A stretch of DNA of 32,000 nucleotides from an uncultured Planctomycetia bacterium (GCA_964609385.1 CAZSSM010000005.1:32871-64870); one strand, 5' to 3'. Positions 1-10,900 are shown, numbered from the stretch's first letter. A program made the numbers and translations. Notes: generated from the sequence alone by a model not told the origin.

Positions 1-1776
1 GACCATGAGCTGGAGCGAATGGGTCCGTTCACCCGGAACGTCCTCATCGGAAAAGTTCAGCGTGATCGTTGAGGCGAACTGACCGACCTCTGTCGTATCC
101 ACTGAGATGGTATACGTTGGGCCGTTGGCGTCTGCCTCCAAGCCCCCGAACGTATCGAGACTGGTCGAGAACGGCTGCGACGAGGCGCTGAAGGAGTCGA
201 GGTCCATCCGAGCCGTGAGGACTTCGCTCGAGGCTGAGGGTAGGTTGAAGATCCGGAAGGACTGCGAGGCGTGGCCGGTGTTTTGAGAAAGCGTGCCGAA
301 GTCGATTTGGAGGGTATCGACGTCGCTCAGGCGGTCGAACGACGCGTTTGAAGAATCGAGCACGTCGAGGCGGATCGTCCCCTGGAATTGACCATTGAAG
401 ACCCCTTGACTGTCGCTCCTGACATTGACGAGACCGGTCTTCATGCCTGCCGTGTTGGTGTTGAAGGCGAGTCGGACCGTCTGGCCCTCCTGCAACGCGA
501 AGGCCTGGCCCGTGAAACTGCCGGACAAGTCGTCATCCGTCTGGTTGTCGGCGGAGACCTCGAAATCGAGTTCGTCAGCGCCTAGGTGGGCCACAACGTC
601 GGCCTTATTAGAGACGATCACCTCGGCCTCCACCGGGCCGCCAACGATTGCCCGGGTCGGGCTCATGACGGTCACGTTCATGACCGCAGGAACTTGATAA
701 TCGACGACGACCGGCAGGTGGTCACTGGCCTCGGCCAAGGCTTCTAAGATGTCGGTCGGCGCCCCGAAACCCGACGTGATTTCTCCGTTGAGCGGATGGG
801 TTCCGGTGTTGCCGAAGGCTCGGTAATTCGACTCGATGACGGAATGTCCGCTCTGGTCGAAGCGAATGACGCTCAGTCCTTCGTTGTCGAACAATTCGCT
901 AGTGACCAGTTGATAGTCGAAGCGGTCGTCCATCCCGCCCGTGATCTGCCCGCCGTATCGCGCTGAGGTGACCGGCGACTGGGTGTGGAGTCGGCGGAAC
1001 GCAGCATTGTTGTTGTAGTTTTGGAAGGCGTTGGATGGGTTGACTGGATCGATTGCTTGACTGGCGCCGGAGCTGGTCAACACGTTGAAGAAGTCTTCGC
1101 GATTGTCTCGATTGTTCAAGTCGCCGGTGTAGATGATATGACGGTTGTTGGGCAGGAACAGATCGGCGTTGTTGCGGATCGCCTGGGCTTCGACCAAGCG
1201 TCGCGCCTCGTCCGAATTGGATGTGCCTGCCTTGAAGTGGCTGACATAGATCGAAATCTGATTGTCGAGGCCCTCGTATCCATTGAGCCTGAAATCATAG
1301 CGGAAAGGCTGACGTGACGGGCCATCCGTCGATACTGAAGTCACATCAAACTGGCCGGTTAGGGTCAGCGAGTTGGTGTTATAGATCACACCCACAACGC
1401 CACCACCGGTCGTGCTGGGTTTGAATGTATTGCGCGCGTAGAAGCCCGGCCCATGGATTCCGTTAAGGATGTCGACGATATCCTGGGTCGATGTCGTCGG
1501 AGAGTCTTGCTCTTGAAGCGTAATGATGTCGGGCGCTTTTGCAATCCCATTGACGTCTTCGTTGCCGATGGCGGCCAAGACCGTCTCGATCGCGTTGTCA
1601 CGGGTCGTGTCAGCCCTCGCCGCATCGTAACCAGCGGTGTTCCAGGAAACGATCCGCAACTGGGCCGAGACGTTTCGCGCACCAACCAGGCTCATCCCCA
1701 TCACAAGCAGAATGACGAACGCCGACAGGGGCAAGCGGATGGCGAATCTCTGAGATAAGAGCAAGCACATCATCAT
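1..1776 (-). CDS. Secreted endonuclease/exonuclease/phosphatase (EEP)-fold protein, N-terminal ~590 aa; the 3' end runs off the left window edge
   Basis: Absent from the ORF track because its stop lies outside the window. Hand translation of the minus strand from ATGATGATG (1776-1768) gives MMMCLLLSQRFAIRLPLSAFVILLVMGMSLVGARNVSAQ, a signal peptide. This is followed by LRIVSWNTAGY, DIITLQEQD, IYVSHFKAG and SDHLPVVVDY, which are EEP-type motifs in the expected order. I checked the frame at 1560 and 741, and it stays open to position 1 (...HSLQLMV). The C-terminal half is S/T/D/N-rich and looks like beta-sandwich. Confidence 0.7.
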   Translation of the reverse strand, partial: MMMCLLLSQRFAIRLPLSAFVILLVMGMSLVGARNVSAQLRIVSWNTAGYDAARADTTRDNAIETVLAAIGNEDVNGIAKAPDIITLQEQDSPTTSTQDIVDILNGIHGPGFYARNTFKPSTTGGGVVGVIYNTNSLTLTGQFDVTSVSTDGPSRQPFRYDFRLNGYEGLDNQISIYVSHFKAGTSNSDEARRLVEAQAIRNNADLFLPNNRHIIYTGDLNNRDNREDFFNVLTSSGASQAIDPVNPSNAFQNYNNNAAFRRLHTQSPVTSARYGGQITGGMDDRFDYQLVTSELFDNEGLSVIRFDQSGHSVIESNYRAFGNTGTHPLNGEITSGFGAPTDILEALAEASDHLPVVVDYQVPAVMNVTVMSPTRAIVGGPVEAEVIVSNKADVVAHLGADELDFEVSADNQTDDDLSGSFTGQAFALQEGQTVRLAFNTNTAGMKTGLVNVRSDSQGVFNGQFQGTIRLDVLDSSNASFDRLSDVDTLQIDFGTLSQNTGHASQSFRIFNLPSASSEVLTARMDLDSFSASSQPFSTSLDTFGGLEADANGPTYTISVDTTEVGQFASTITLNFSDEDVPGERTHSLQLMV

Positions 1777-2107
1777 GATCTTCCAGGTGAGGAACGATCC
1801 GGATCTCAAATGGGGGAAGAGTCGACTGGCTTCGACGATCAGTCTGCCGAAGGGTATTCAATCCCAATCCGCTCGACAACACGACCATCTCGTGGCCATT
1901 CGTGAAGAAACGCACTGCCGCAAACATATTAATGAGGATTCATCCAGGCGCCTTTAATTTGTTCATCCATCGCGAACTCGAACCGTTCTTTGGCTCGGAC
2001 CATTTCCATCCCCAACCCTCTCTGTCCCGTGACAATCACTTTCGGGGATTCGTCTGCATCATTCTGAGCCTCTGACCCTTCCAGTCGAACGGCGGATAGC
2101 CCGCGAT

Positions 2108-3148
2108 CTACTCGATGAGCAGCTCTTTGGATCGCCAGGGAGATGTGGAGCTTCGCCAGGAAGAAACTCGGAGTCGTCTGAGAATCGCTCTGGCAATTCG
2201 TGCGGTCCCATGAGGCCGAGGAGACTTGCCAAGAAAAGGGTTGGTCGAATGGGTCTCGCACCAAGTCATGATGAGGTCGCGCAACGTCGGTTGATCCCCC
2301 AACAAGGCGCTGTAACGAATCATCCAACGACGCGTCAAAGGGTCGAGGATCGAATCGTCGTCGAACCCACGGGCCATTCGTTCTAGCACATCGGCATGAA
2401 ATGTCTGATCGATTACCAGATCGGAACCGGACCCGATCCGTTGGAGAAGCCAATGGACGATCCGACACCGGATCGCGTGATCGACATCGGGGTCGATGGT
2501 GAAGTCAAAGAGTCCGAGGGCGGTTCGATGGACCCAATCGCCGTCGACTGGATTGGCGGCCGGCCGTGGCCACACCGTCTCTGGGTTGCCGTCGACTTGC
2601 TCACGGATCATCTGGATCCAATCGCGATGCGTGCGGCGGTCTCGCTCGACCATGCTCAATACCAAGAGGAGGGACTCGATGGCCTGCTGACGAACATGGA
2701 TGTCCTCGTCGTTTCGAGCGGCAGCCAAGAGTGCCTCAGCGACACGATCGGCCTGATCGCCGATGCGCCAGGGCATGGGGAACGCCTTCCAATTCGGCAA
2801 TTGCTTTCGAGCCGTCGAGAGGAGTTGATCCAGTTCAGCATCGCGGTTGCGTCCACGGCAATCGGTGACGATCAGGGCTGCGGTCCTCGCGGCGCGTCGC
2901 CTCATCTCGACATGCGGATCATCACGAATCACCGAAAGAACTTCAGAGAGGGCTGGCAACCCATCGTGCCCCATCTCCTCGAGCCGCCCCAAGGCCATGG
3001 ATCGATCGATAAGCTCCCCGTTCCGCAACAAACGCATCTGTAACCAAGGCGGTTGTCGTTGCTTATGCAACGACCAATGACCCAGTAAGAGACCAGCCAG
3101 GAGGACCAACAGCATCAACGAACGGATCTTGACTCGGAATATGATCAT
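2108..3148 (-). CDS. Membrane-anchored HEAT/armadillo-like repeat protein (hypothetical)
   Basis: 346-aa ORF. N-terminal hydrophobic anchor SLMLLVLLAGLLLGHW. Helical repeats with HEAT-like signatures: GLPALSEVLSVIRDDPHVEMRRRAARTAA and AARNDEDIHVRQQAIESLL. The last ~40 aa are R/S-rich, so the exact 3' end is less certain. Confidence 0.55.
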   Translation of the reverse strand: MIIFRVKIRSLMLLVLLAGLLLGHWSLHKQRQPPWLQMRLLRNGELIDRSMALGRLEEMGHDGLPALSEVLSVIRDDPHVEMRRRAARTAALIVTDCRGRNRDAELDQLLSTARKQLPNWKAFPMPWRIGDQADRVAEALLAAARNDEDIHVRQQAIESLLLVLSMVERDRRTHRDWIQMIREQVDGNPETVWPRPAANPVDGDWVHRTALGLFDFTIDPDVDHAIRCRIVHWLLQRIGSGSDLVIDQTFHADVLERMARGFDDDSILDPLTRRWMIRYSALLGDQPTLRDLIMTWCETHSTNPFLGKSPRPHGTARIARAILRRLRVSSWRSSTSPWRSKELLIE

Positions 3149-3453
3149 GGGATCGATCTCTGAACCGAAACCACGAGCAAACCGATCCGTGACGGGGAGA
3201 ACGAACCGCAGCCCGTGAAGAAATGTTGGGAGAGATTAGGTCTGAAGCCCACAGCCCACCCGTTCTCCGTCACGGACGATCGGATCGCCAGTGCACGATT
3301 GGTCCACACAACATCCTCGGCAGGTTGAGTGGAGACCAGGAATCCGACTTGATGGGAAGAGGGCGCTCGCGACCCAAACTGAGAAAATTGTCTAGGCACG
3401 CGGACTAAAGGAAACATAAGGCGCCGGGTCGAGCCTGTCGATTCGATGGCCAT
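3145..3453 (-). CDS. Possible small hypothetical protein (102 aa) translationally coupled to the HEAT-repeat gene
   Basis: Its TGA stop overlaps the ATG of the downstream gene (ATGA at 3148-3145). The composition is not the Arg-rich type typical of off-frame ORFs. However, third-position GC is visibly lower than in neighbouring genes and I recognise no motif. Confidence 0.25.
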   Translation of the reverse strand: MAIESTGSTRRLMFPLVRVPRQFSQFGSRAPSSHQVGFLVSTQPAEDVVWTNRALAIRSSVTENGWAVGFRPNLSQHFFTGCGSFSPSRIGLLVVSVQRSIP

Positions 3454-3537
3454 ACCATCAGCGATTTCGATCGGAACGATCTAATCTCATGAGGACCTGT
3501 GGCGGAGACCGGTATTCTTTAGGCTCGTCTGGCAGGG

Positions 3538-4518
3538 TCATGCCGATGCTGGCTCGTCCGTCCGTCGGGTGCCAACGACATTAACCCCACTGCCGACGAT
3601 CAGGTTCCGGCGATAGGCCCAGTCGTAAAGCGATCCAGAAAGGGCAGGTTCGAGGTCACGGAGGTCGGTGAATCCCTCTTCAAGGAACCAGTCGCGGAGT
3701 TCTTCGAGCGAGTGGTGCGATTGGTAGCGTGGGGCATACCAGTCGAAGTTGTCGCAGACGCGAAGGGTCCAGTCGGGGTGGTTGGAGAAGTTGACGACCT
3801 TGTTGAGGGTCTTGTTGAGAATGGGAATCCCGCCGAGCAATCCCAGGGCGACGCAAATCGGCTCGAGAACCGGCGAGGGCAGTCGGGTCGTGACGACGCG
3901 AAGCAAGGAATTGATTACTTCTTGCGGCCAGGAGTTGCGTCGGTAGAGCCAGACGGCCAACCGCCCTCCCGGTTTGACCTTGCGGGCTACTTGGGCGAAC
4001 GCGCTACGCGGGTCGGGGCTGTGGTGCAGCACGCCGATCGAAAAGACAAAGTCGAAGCACGCGTCGGCTACCGGTAGATCGAGCAGATCGGCCTGCGCGA
4101 TGGCCACGCCGGGATAGTCGCGACACGAGGCGGCGGCCTTCTCGACGGCGTCGCTCAAGTCGACGGCCAGGACCGATGCCCCGTGGTCACCCAAGAGCCG
4201 CGCGTAACGTCCGCCTCCGCAACCGGCATCCAGGACCAGCGCTCCGGCCAAGTCGGCGGGGTCCGAGCCCGTCTTGACCCGAAAGACCGCCGCGTCCTCC
4301 TCGGTCCGCACGACGTCGTAGCGGTTCCATTGCCGACCGAAGCTGGCCACATACCGCTCGCCGGCCAACCTCGGGATCCCCCCCCGGATCGGATAGAGAC
4401 AGCCCCCCTCATCGCATCGGAGGAACTCCCGATCGTCCTGCTCAATCGGGTGCAACAGCCCGGCATGGACCGGACAACGGAGACAGGCACGAGGGGACGT
4501 GGACTCGCCGACACTCAT
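3538..4518 (-). CDS. Class I SAM-dependent methyltransferase with N-terminal Trm112-like zinc-ribbon
   Basis: Cys pairs CLRCPV ... LRCDEGGCLYPIRGGIPRL match a Trm112p-like ribbon. SAM motif I is VLDAGCGGGRY, followed by AVDLS and KPGGRLAV. The longest ORF extends to ATG 4641, but those extra 41 aa (MRMSLLDHASLGMAVWVARSRRRRC...) look non-native. I therefore prefer ATG 4518 (MSVGEST...). Confidence 0.8.
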   Translation of the reverse strand: MSVGESTSPRACLRCPVHAGLLHPIEQDDREFLRCDEGGCLYPIRGGIPRLAGERYVASFGRQWNRYDVVRTEEDAAVFRVKTGSDPADLAGALVLDAGCGGGRYARLLGDHGASVLAVDLSDAVEKAAASCRDYPGVAIAQADLLDLPVADACFDFVFSIGVLHHSPDPRSAFAQVARKVKPGGRLAVWLYRRNSWPQEVINSLLRVVTTRLPSPVLEPICVALGLLGGIPILNKTLNKVVNFSNHPDWTLRVCDNFDWYAPRYQSHHSLEELRDWFLEEGFTDLRDLEPALSGSLYDWAYRRNLIVGSGVNVVGTRRTDEPASA

Positions 4519-4862
4519 CGGGGTTTCCCAGACCAAAGCAACGTTTCGAACGAAGGGCGGGATCGCACATCGGCGACGCCTCGATCGAGCGACCCAGACA
4601 GCCATGCCCAAAGACGCGTGATCCAGGAGGCTCATCCGCATCCAAGGCGCTGAGCTTCGGGGCGGTCAAGTGTTCCGCGTTCCTTCTGGGCAATGCAGTT
4701 CCTATGATCCCCAATGTTGAAGGGGATCCGGCGATCCCGCCGATCGATGATGGATTGCGAACGCAGTCGCGACCTGGTTCAGCGTATCATGACGATCAGC
4801 GATCGTGACAGGCGGACCACGTCCGGGAAAGGAGACCTGAGCGTGAGCCAAGGAGGAATCGG

Positions 4863-6437
4863 TTGGGTTCCAACGAGTCGAGTAGGCCGACTTCGACCGA
4901 CCGCGATGATCGCGGCGGTCCCGATTGGCAACGAGCAATCCATCGACGATTGAGGCGTTGGTCTCGACGGGGAATCGGGCCTCGTCTGATCGTGGCCGTT
5001 TCGGGTGGATCGGACAGTGTCGGTCTGCTCCGATGTCTGATCGAATCAGGTTCGTCACTGTCCTGGCGATTCCATGTCGGTCACCTGCATCACGGGACGC
5101 GTGGCGAGGAAGCTGATGCCGATGCGGCGTTCGTGACCTCGTTGGCCGAGCAGCTTGGAGTCCCTTGCACGATTGGCCATTGGCAACCGAGTCGTGCCGG
5201 TCATTTCGAGGCCGACGCGCGCTCGGCGAGACTGGCATGGCTGGAGAGCCTGGCGCGCGACCAGGGAGCCAACGCGATCGCAATGGGACACACCCTCGAC
5301 GACCAGGCCGAGACGGTCCTGCATCGGATCGTCCGGGGAACCGGTCTTCGAGGCTTGGCCGGAATCCCAGCGATCCGGCAGACCTCGACGGGCTCAACGC
5401 TCATCCGACCGCTGCTGTCGGTGCGTCGGCTTGAGATCCGTGGCTACCTCGAAGCCCTCGGCCAGCCGTACCGCGAGGACGCGACCAACCTCGACGTCGG
5501 CGACCAGACTCGAGCCCGGCTCCGACTCGAGATCGTGCCGACGCTTCAGGAGCGACTCAACCCGCAAGTCGTCGAGGCCTTGGTCCGACTCGGCAACCAG
5601 GCGCGATCGGCCGAGACTGCCCTCCGTCGTCGAATCGAGGCCGATCTGGCCCAAGTTACGAGCGATCCCGAGTCGACGATCGGCGTGATCGCCTTCGACC
5701 ACCACGCCCTTCGCGAACTCGATTGCAGCGACTACGAGGTCGCCGAGCTGTTCCGACTCGCCTGGCGTCGACGAGGGTGGCCAGAACGGACGATGACCGC
5801 TCGACGCTGGCAACGCCTGGTCTGCTGGGTGCGTCGCGACGCTCCTCCACTTCAGGTCACCGCCACGGTTCGTGCGCATCAAGCCGACGGCCGTATCCTC
5901 CTGGAACAGGTTCCCCGAACGACGCCAAAGGCACAGCGTGAGTCGACCGGAGTCGACCCGCCGTTCGAGGCGATCCTCGATGGTCGAGGAGCGATTGAAT
6001 GGCCCGGCGTTGGGACGCTTGAGGTCCGTGAACTGAATCCGGGATGGGATCCGAGACGAGACATCGAGGATCGTTTCGTCGAGGTCATCGACGCGGAGGC
6101 GATCCGATCCCCGCTACGATTGACCGGGCTGCGTCCTGGCGATCGGTTCCGTCCTCTGGGGATGACTGTGGGGGCGGTCCGAGTGGTCGAACTGCTCCGA
6201 CGCGCTGAGGTCCCGCCGTCACGTCGCTCCGGGGTGCCGATCCTTCGGGACAGTGACGGGATCGTCTGGGTCGTCGGGCATCGGATCGCCGACCGGGCCC
6301 GCTGTGTCGAAGGAACTCGCGTCCGCCTCGAGTTCCGCTGGAGCGAGGCCGAACCGGTTCAAGGTCTCGGCATGTCTTCAGGGGATTCGAGTGTTGAGGC
6401 CGAAGGGAGGCTCGGTGCCGATGACCTTGGTGCGTGA
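4863..6437 (+). CDS. tilS: tRNA(Ile)-lysidine synthetase
   Basis: PP-loop motif RLIVAVSGGSDSVGLL, followed by LHVGHLHHGTRGEEADADA and GHTLDDQAETVLHRIVRG. The TilS C-terminal domain is present (LLRRAEVPPSRRSGVPILRDSDGIVWVVGHRIADR). The start is TTG 4863, preceded by a canonical AAGGAGG (4850-4856) with a 6-nt spacer. Confidence 0.9.
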   Translation: MGSNESSRPTSTDRDDRGGPDWQRAIHRRLRRWSRRGIGPRLIVAVSGGSDSVGLLRCLIESGSSLSWRFHVGHLHHGTRGEEADADAAFVTSLAEQLGVPCTIGHWQPSRAGHFEADARSARLAWLESLARDQGANAIAMGHTLDDQAETVLHRIVRGTGLRGLAGIPAIRQTSTGSTLIRPLLSVRRLEIRGYLEALGQPYREDATNLDVGDQTRARLRLEIVPTLQERLNPQVVEALVRLGNQARSAETALRRRIEADLAQVTSDPESTIGVIAFDHHALRELDCSDYEVAELFRLAWRRRGWPERTMTARRWQRLVCWVRRDAPPLQVTATVRAHQADGRILLEQVPRTTPKAQRESTGVDPPFEAILDGRGAIEWPGVGTLEVRELNPGWDPRRDIEDRFVEVIDAEAIRSPLRLTGLRPGDRFRPLGMTVGAVRVVELLRRAEVPPSRRSGVPILRDSDGIVWVVGHRIADRARCVEGTRVRLEFRWSEAEPVQGLGMSSGDSSVEAEGRLGADDLGA

Positions 6438-7827
6438 GGCCGATCCGGACCGCAGATGGTGGCGTCGGCTCCTCTGGATCGCCGAACTGGCCTTGGCTGT
6501 CCGGATCATCGGAGCGTTGGGGGTCGAGGCATTCGCCGAGCGATCCGACGCTTTGGGGCTGTTCGGCGATACGGCGATCTATTGGGAATTGGGTCTCGAC
6601 ATCGTCCGGGGCGAGCCGTATAGCGTCACGCAATGGGGGATTCCGCATCAAGCCCTGCGGACACCTGGGTACCCTCTGTTTCTTGCCGGTTGCCAGGCCG
6701 CCTTTGGCGCGCGGACTTTGCCGGTCCGACTCGTTCAGGCCGCGATCCATGCGGCGACAGTCGTCGCCCTCGGGTGCTTGGCGGTTCGGATGGGATGCCG
6801 ACTCGGTCTGGATCGACCGCGAAGTCGAACCGCGGCCCTAGGAGCCGCCTTGGTCTTTGGTCTCGAGCCCTACAGCGTCGGCGCGTCGGTCGTCCTCTTG
6901 ACCGAGGCATTCTTCATCCCCGTCTTGGTCCTCTGTCTCTGGGGTCAGGCCTGGCTCTGGTCGGCTCCGGATCTCCCAGCGAACTCATCAACGGATCCGC
7001 GAGCAGATGCTGATCCCAGCACCGGATCTGATCCCGATCCCGCATCGGTCCGGAATCGTGAACTCCGGCAGTTCGGTCGTTGGGCGATCGCGCTGGGCAC
7101 CGGCGCGTTGACTGGTCTAGCCATCCTGATCCGTCCGTCGTGGATCCTCGCCCCGCCATTGATCTGGGCGGCCTGGATCGCGCTCGCCGGGCGTCATCGA
7201 CGCGTTCCGGCATTGCGAATGGTGTTCGTCATGGCCCTGATGACCGTCTTGGTCCAAGCCCCTTGGTGGATCCGCAATGCGTCGGTCTTCGACGCGTTCG
7301 TCCCCTCAGCGCTCTGGTCTGGTGCGAGCCTTTACGATGGCTGGAACCCCGAGGCCGACGGGGGCAGCGACCTGAGCTTCCTCAACGACGAGGCATACTG
7401 GTGGCTCCCTGAAGTGGAGCAAGACCGAGTCCTCCGACATGACGCCTTGCAGTTCGCCGCCTCGAATCCAGGTCGGGTCCTCGAGTTGGCCGCAATCAAG
7501 TTCACCCGGTATTGGAGCCCGTGGCCGAACCTTATCGGCTGGCCCTCGTGGCCGGCCTTGGCCTGCTCCCTTTGGACGGTTCCGATCTATGCATTCGCGT
7601 TGATAGGGCTCTGGCGAGGGCGTCGCGATCCGGCCGTCTGGGTCTTACTGGTTGCCCCGGTCCTTTACTTCTGCCTGATCCATTTGGCGTTCGTCAGCGC
7701 GATCCGATATCGGGTCCCGGGGATGATCCCGATCTTCGTGCTGGTCGGTTGGGCATCCGAAGCGGACTGGACGCAACGCCTCGCTCGACGCATGGTAGGC
7801 CGCGATCCGGCTCCGACGTCGGGGTGA
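6421..7827 (+). CDS. GT-C fold membrane glycosyltransferase (ArnT/PMT, GT39/GT83-like)
   Basis: Many TM helices. The N-terminal loop GDTAIYWELGLDIVRGEPYS...LRTPGYPLFLAG is typical of ArnT/PMT_2-like enzymes. I prefer ATG 6421 (MTLVREADPDRRWWRRLLWIAELALAV), which overlaps the tilS 3' end by 17 nt. The longest ORF starts at 6253, inside tilS. Confidence 0.75.
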   Translation: MTLVREADPDRRWWRRLLWIAELALAVRIIGALGVEAFAERSDALGLFGDTAIYWELGLDIVRGEPYSVTQWGIPHQALRTPGYPLFLAGCQAAFGARTLPVRLVQAAIHAATVVALGCLAVRMGCRLGLDRPRSRTAALGAALVFGLEPYSVGASVVLLTEAFFIPVLVLCLWGQAWLWSAPDLPANSSTDPRADADPSTGSDPDPASVRNRELRQFGRWAIALGTGALTGLAILIRPSWILAPPLIWAAWIALAGRHRRVPALRMVFVMALMTVLVQAPWWIRNASVFDAFVPSALWSGASLYDGWNPEADGGSDLSFLNDEAYWWLPEVEQDRVLRHDALQFAASNPGRVLELAAIKFTRYWSPWPNLIGWPSWPALACSLWTVPIYAFALIGLWRGRRDPAVWVLLVAPVLYFCLIHLAFVSAIRYRVPGMIPIFVLVGWASEADWTQRLARRMVGRDPAPTSG

Positions 7828-7998
7828 GTCGTTGACGATCGCTGGTGCCACGCGCGATGGCATCGGGCGTCCACGCGTCGCGGTCATAGTCGACCTCGAC
7901 GAAACGATCCCCCTCCAGCGAACGAACGGAGCCGTCGCTCGATCCGATCGCGTTGCGCGTCGGGCCGTGTTCGGGGCATTGGAGGGATCTAGGCCGTC

Positions 7999-10900
7999 AT
8001 GACCGAAATGAATCGTGTTGGATCCGAGCGTCCCGACCGAAGTGTGGAGCGTCGGAGACGTCGACGACGACTTCTGCGATGGGCGATCACCCTCTTGATT
8101 CTGGGACTGGTCGGCGGCGGCGTCTGGGCCTACCGCCTGTTGACCGACAGCGATCGGTTGATCGCCTTGATCCAGAAAGGGACGCCCCGCTATTTCCCGT
8201 CAGCGCAGTTACTGTTGGACCGGGTCAAGCTGAGCCCCTTCGGCGGCGCCGTCGAGATCGAGCGGGCTCGGATCCGCCAGCCCGAACAGCGTCACGACCG
8301 CACCATGCCAAGCTGGGAATCGACCCTGGAGGTCGCCTGGTTGAAGATCAAGCAGCAACGCAAGGCATTGCTCCACGGTCGCTTCCAGCCGGTCGAGGTC
8401 TTCATCGGGCAGCCCAGGCTGGTTTTGAGGCGTCGGGCCGACGCGACCTGGAACTGGCAATCCTTGTTGGCTCAACCCTGGCCCGACCCTCCACCCCAGT
8501 CGTTGCCGCGCGTCGTGCTCCACGACGGGACGGTCCGCTGGTCCGACCTGGCCACCTCGATCGGCGGCGTCCTCCTCCGCGACGTTGAACTCGGCCTCGA
8601 GCCGGAGAACTTGCCCGACGGCCGTCGTCGGTTTCGGATCGTCAAGGCCGAGGCGCGTGGAGACTTGTTTGAACGACTCGACCTGCACGGCTGGTTCGAC
8701 CCCGAGTCGAAGGCGTTCCGGATCCAAGGCAAAGTCATCGGGTTCCAGATCAGCGACACCCTGGCCGATCGCCTTCCCCCCGAACTGGCGCACTGGATCG
8801 AGACCACAGGCCTCTCCTCAGGCCAACTCGACATCACTCTGGATCATATCACCAACATTGATCCGACGTCGAACCCCGCTTCGCCCGCCTTGGAACCGGC
8901 CGATTGGGACTACCTGGTCCGGGTCCGGGTCCGTAAGGGACGCTTGGAGACCTCCAACGGACGACTCCCGTTCCCGATCGACGACATCACCGCGACCCTG
9001 GTGATCCAGCCCGGCTTGGTCGAGGTTCTCGCGATGGAGGGAACCCATGGGCGGACCCGGATCCGGAATCTGACCGGCGTATTCGATCCTCAAACGATGG
9101 ATCAGGGCGCCTGTCACCTCGATGTCGAAGTCCAAGACCTCCAGATCGACGAGGCATTGATCGCGTGGGCCCCGGACGACTTGACCCAGCTCGCCGTGAG
9201 CAACGGATTGGGTGGCCGACTCGATCTGCACGCGCGGATCGAACATCAGCCTGGTCAGCCCCCCAAGATCGATCTCGAGGCCGACTGTCGCGACATTCAC
9301 TTGGCTCCCGTCTCGCTCCATCCCTATCGCTTCGACCAGGTCAACGGCCACGTGCACTGGGATGGCAAAACCCTTCGGTTCCATGATCTTCGATTCTTGA
9401 TCGGCCGTTCCAATCCGGGAGTCTCAGACACGAGCGTCGATCTCCAATGGAATGGGATTGAAGGGACCACCCTCAGCAACGACCCCGCGCCCCGAGCAAT
9501 CCAGGGTGATATCGCCCTGATCAATGGTCGTCCGGCCCGACTGAACGGGCGGATCGAGGATCCCGGCCTCGACGCCCGTGCCCAACTGGAACTCCAGATC
9601 GAGTCCCTGCCCATCGACCAGACATTCCGACAGGCCCTGCCACCCCAAGTCCGCAAGGTCGTCGAACGGTTCGATCCGTCCGGACAGGTCTGGGTCTTCT
9701 CCACGATCACCCGAGAGCCGCCCACCCCGATCGAGCCCGAGGGACGCTGGCGGATCTACGCCGTGGCCCAGTTCCGCGAGGACGGCGATTGCCGGATCGT
9801 CTACGACGGCTTCCCCTATCCGTTGATCAACCTGACCGGGTCGCTCCTGATCGAGCCGGGCCGCTGGGAATTCCATGATATGAACGCCCGCAACGGTCAG
9901 GCCGAGATCTCCGGCCATGGTCAGGTCTGGGTCGCCCCCCCGCCCGGTCCTCGTGAGCCGGTCCAATTCCCAGCCGACGCTTCGAGGACACGGATCGAGA
10001 TGAAGGATGCGATGGTTCAAGACGATTCGGAGTTAGCCGTCCACTTGAACGTCTCCGCCCAGGACTTGCCCTTCAACCGGACCTTGTATCAAGCGATGGA
10101 TCCGACTTGGCAAGCGACCTGGGACACGATCAATCCCGAGGGCGGTGCCTCGGTCGACGTGACCATCGATGCTGGCCGGGTGCCCGTGGCTCGGACTGCG
10201 ATCACGATTCGGCCCGTCGAGAACACACGGATGCGGCTGAAGCTGCCACCTCTACCCGGCGCCGAGTCGAATCGGACCCGTGAGCCGGTCGTACTCCCAC
10301 CGATGAACGAGGTCAAAGGCACCTTCACGTTCATCAATGGGATCGTTGAGGTCATCGATGCGGATTTCCGGTTCTGGGACGCGCCGGTGCGGATCCCCCG
10401 AGGTTGGATGCAGATCGAGGACGGTGGTCGCTTCAATCTCGTCGTCGACGACCTTTCGCTGAAGGATCTTCGGGTCGACGGCGAGCTGCTCCATCGCCTG
10501 CCGGCCAGCGTCGCCAACTTCGCTCGACGAATCGCCGGCCAGAAGATCCCCCGGATCTGGACCGATTTGAAGATCGCCTGGGACGGTCGCTCCGGCGTGC
10601 CGGCAACCTGTCAATGGGCCGAGGGCAAGATCGTTCTGGCGGACAACACCGTCGATCTCGGCTTGGAACTCGACCAGATCCAAGGCGCGATCAGCGACCT
10701 CCAGGGTGTCTTCGACGGCGAGTCGATCGCCATGAGCGGCGCTGTCGAGTTGGACTTCCTTCAGGTGCTCGGCCAACCGGTGCTTCACTTCTCCACGCCG
10801 TTGGTCATCCGCGACGGCCGTGCGGAGCTGAATGACATCCGAGCCACCCTGCTAGGCGGTACCCTCCGCGGCGGAGCCTCGACGAGTTTGGAATCGCCGC

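Noticed and set aside
1929-2468. 179-aa minus-strand ORF overlapping the 3' end of the HEAT-repeat gene; its last ~50 aa look protein-like (VRLEGSEAQNDADESPKVIVTGQRGLGMEMVRAKERFEFAMDEQIKGAWMNPH)
   Set aside because: The upstream two-thirds is off-frame junk over the HEAT gene. The plausible-looking tail (1929-2100) is short, A/T-ending in codon usage and has no clear start or SD. A frameshift or a tiny gene is possible, but I cannot support either.
4723-4738. GGGATC-CGGC-GATCCC palindrome in the divergent methyltransferase/tilS promoter region
   Set aside because: It has only 6-bp arms in a genome where GATC-containing strings are very frequent. There is no second copy or promoter overlap to suggest an operator.
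4702-5397. 231-aa minus-strand ORF over the 5' part of tilS
   Set aside because: It is antisense to the PP-loop-encoding region of tilS. It is Arg/Pro/Ser-rich with no motifs.
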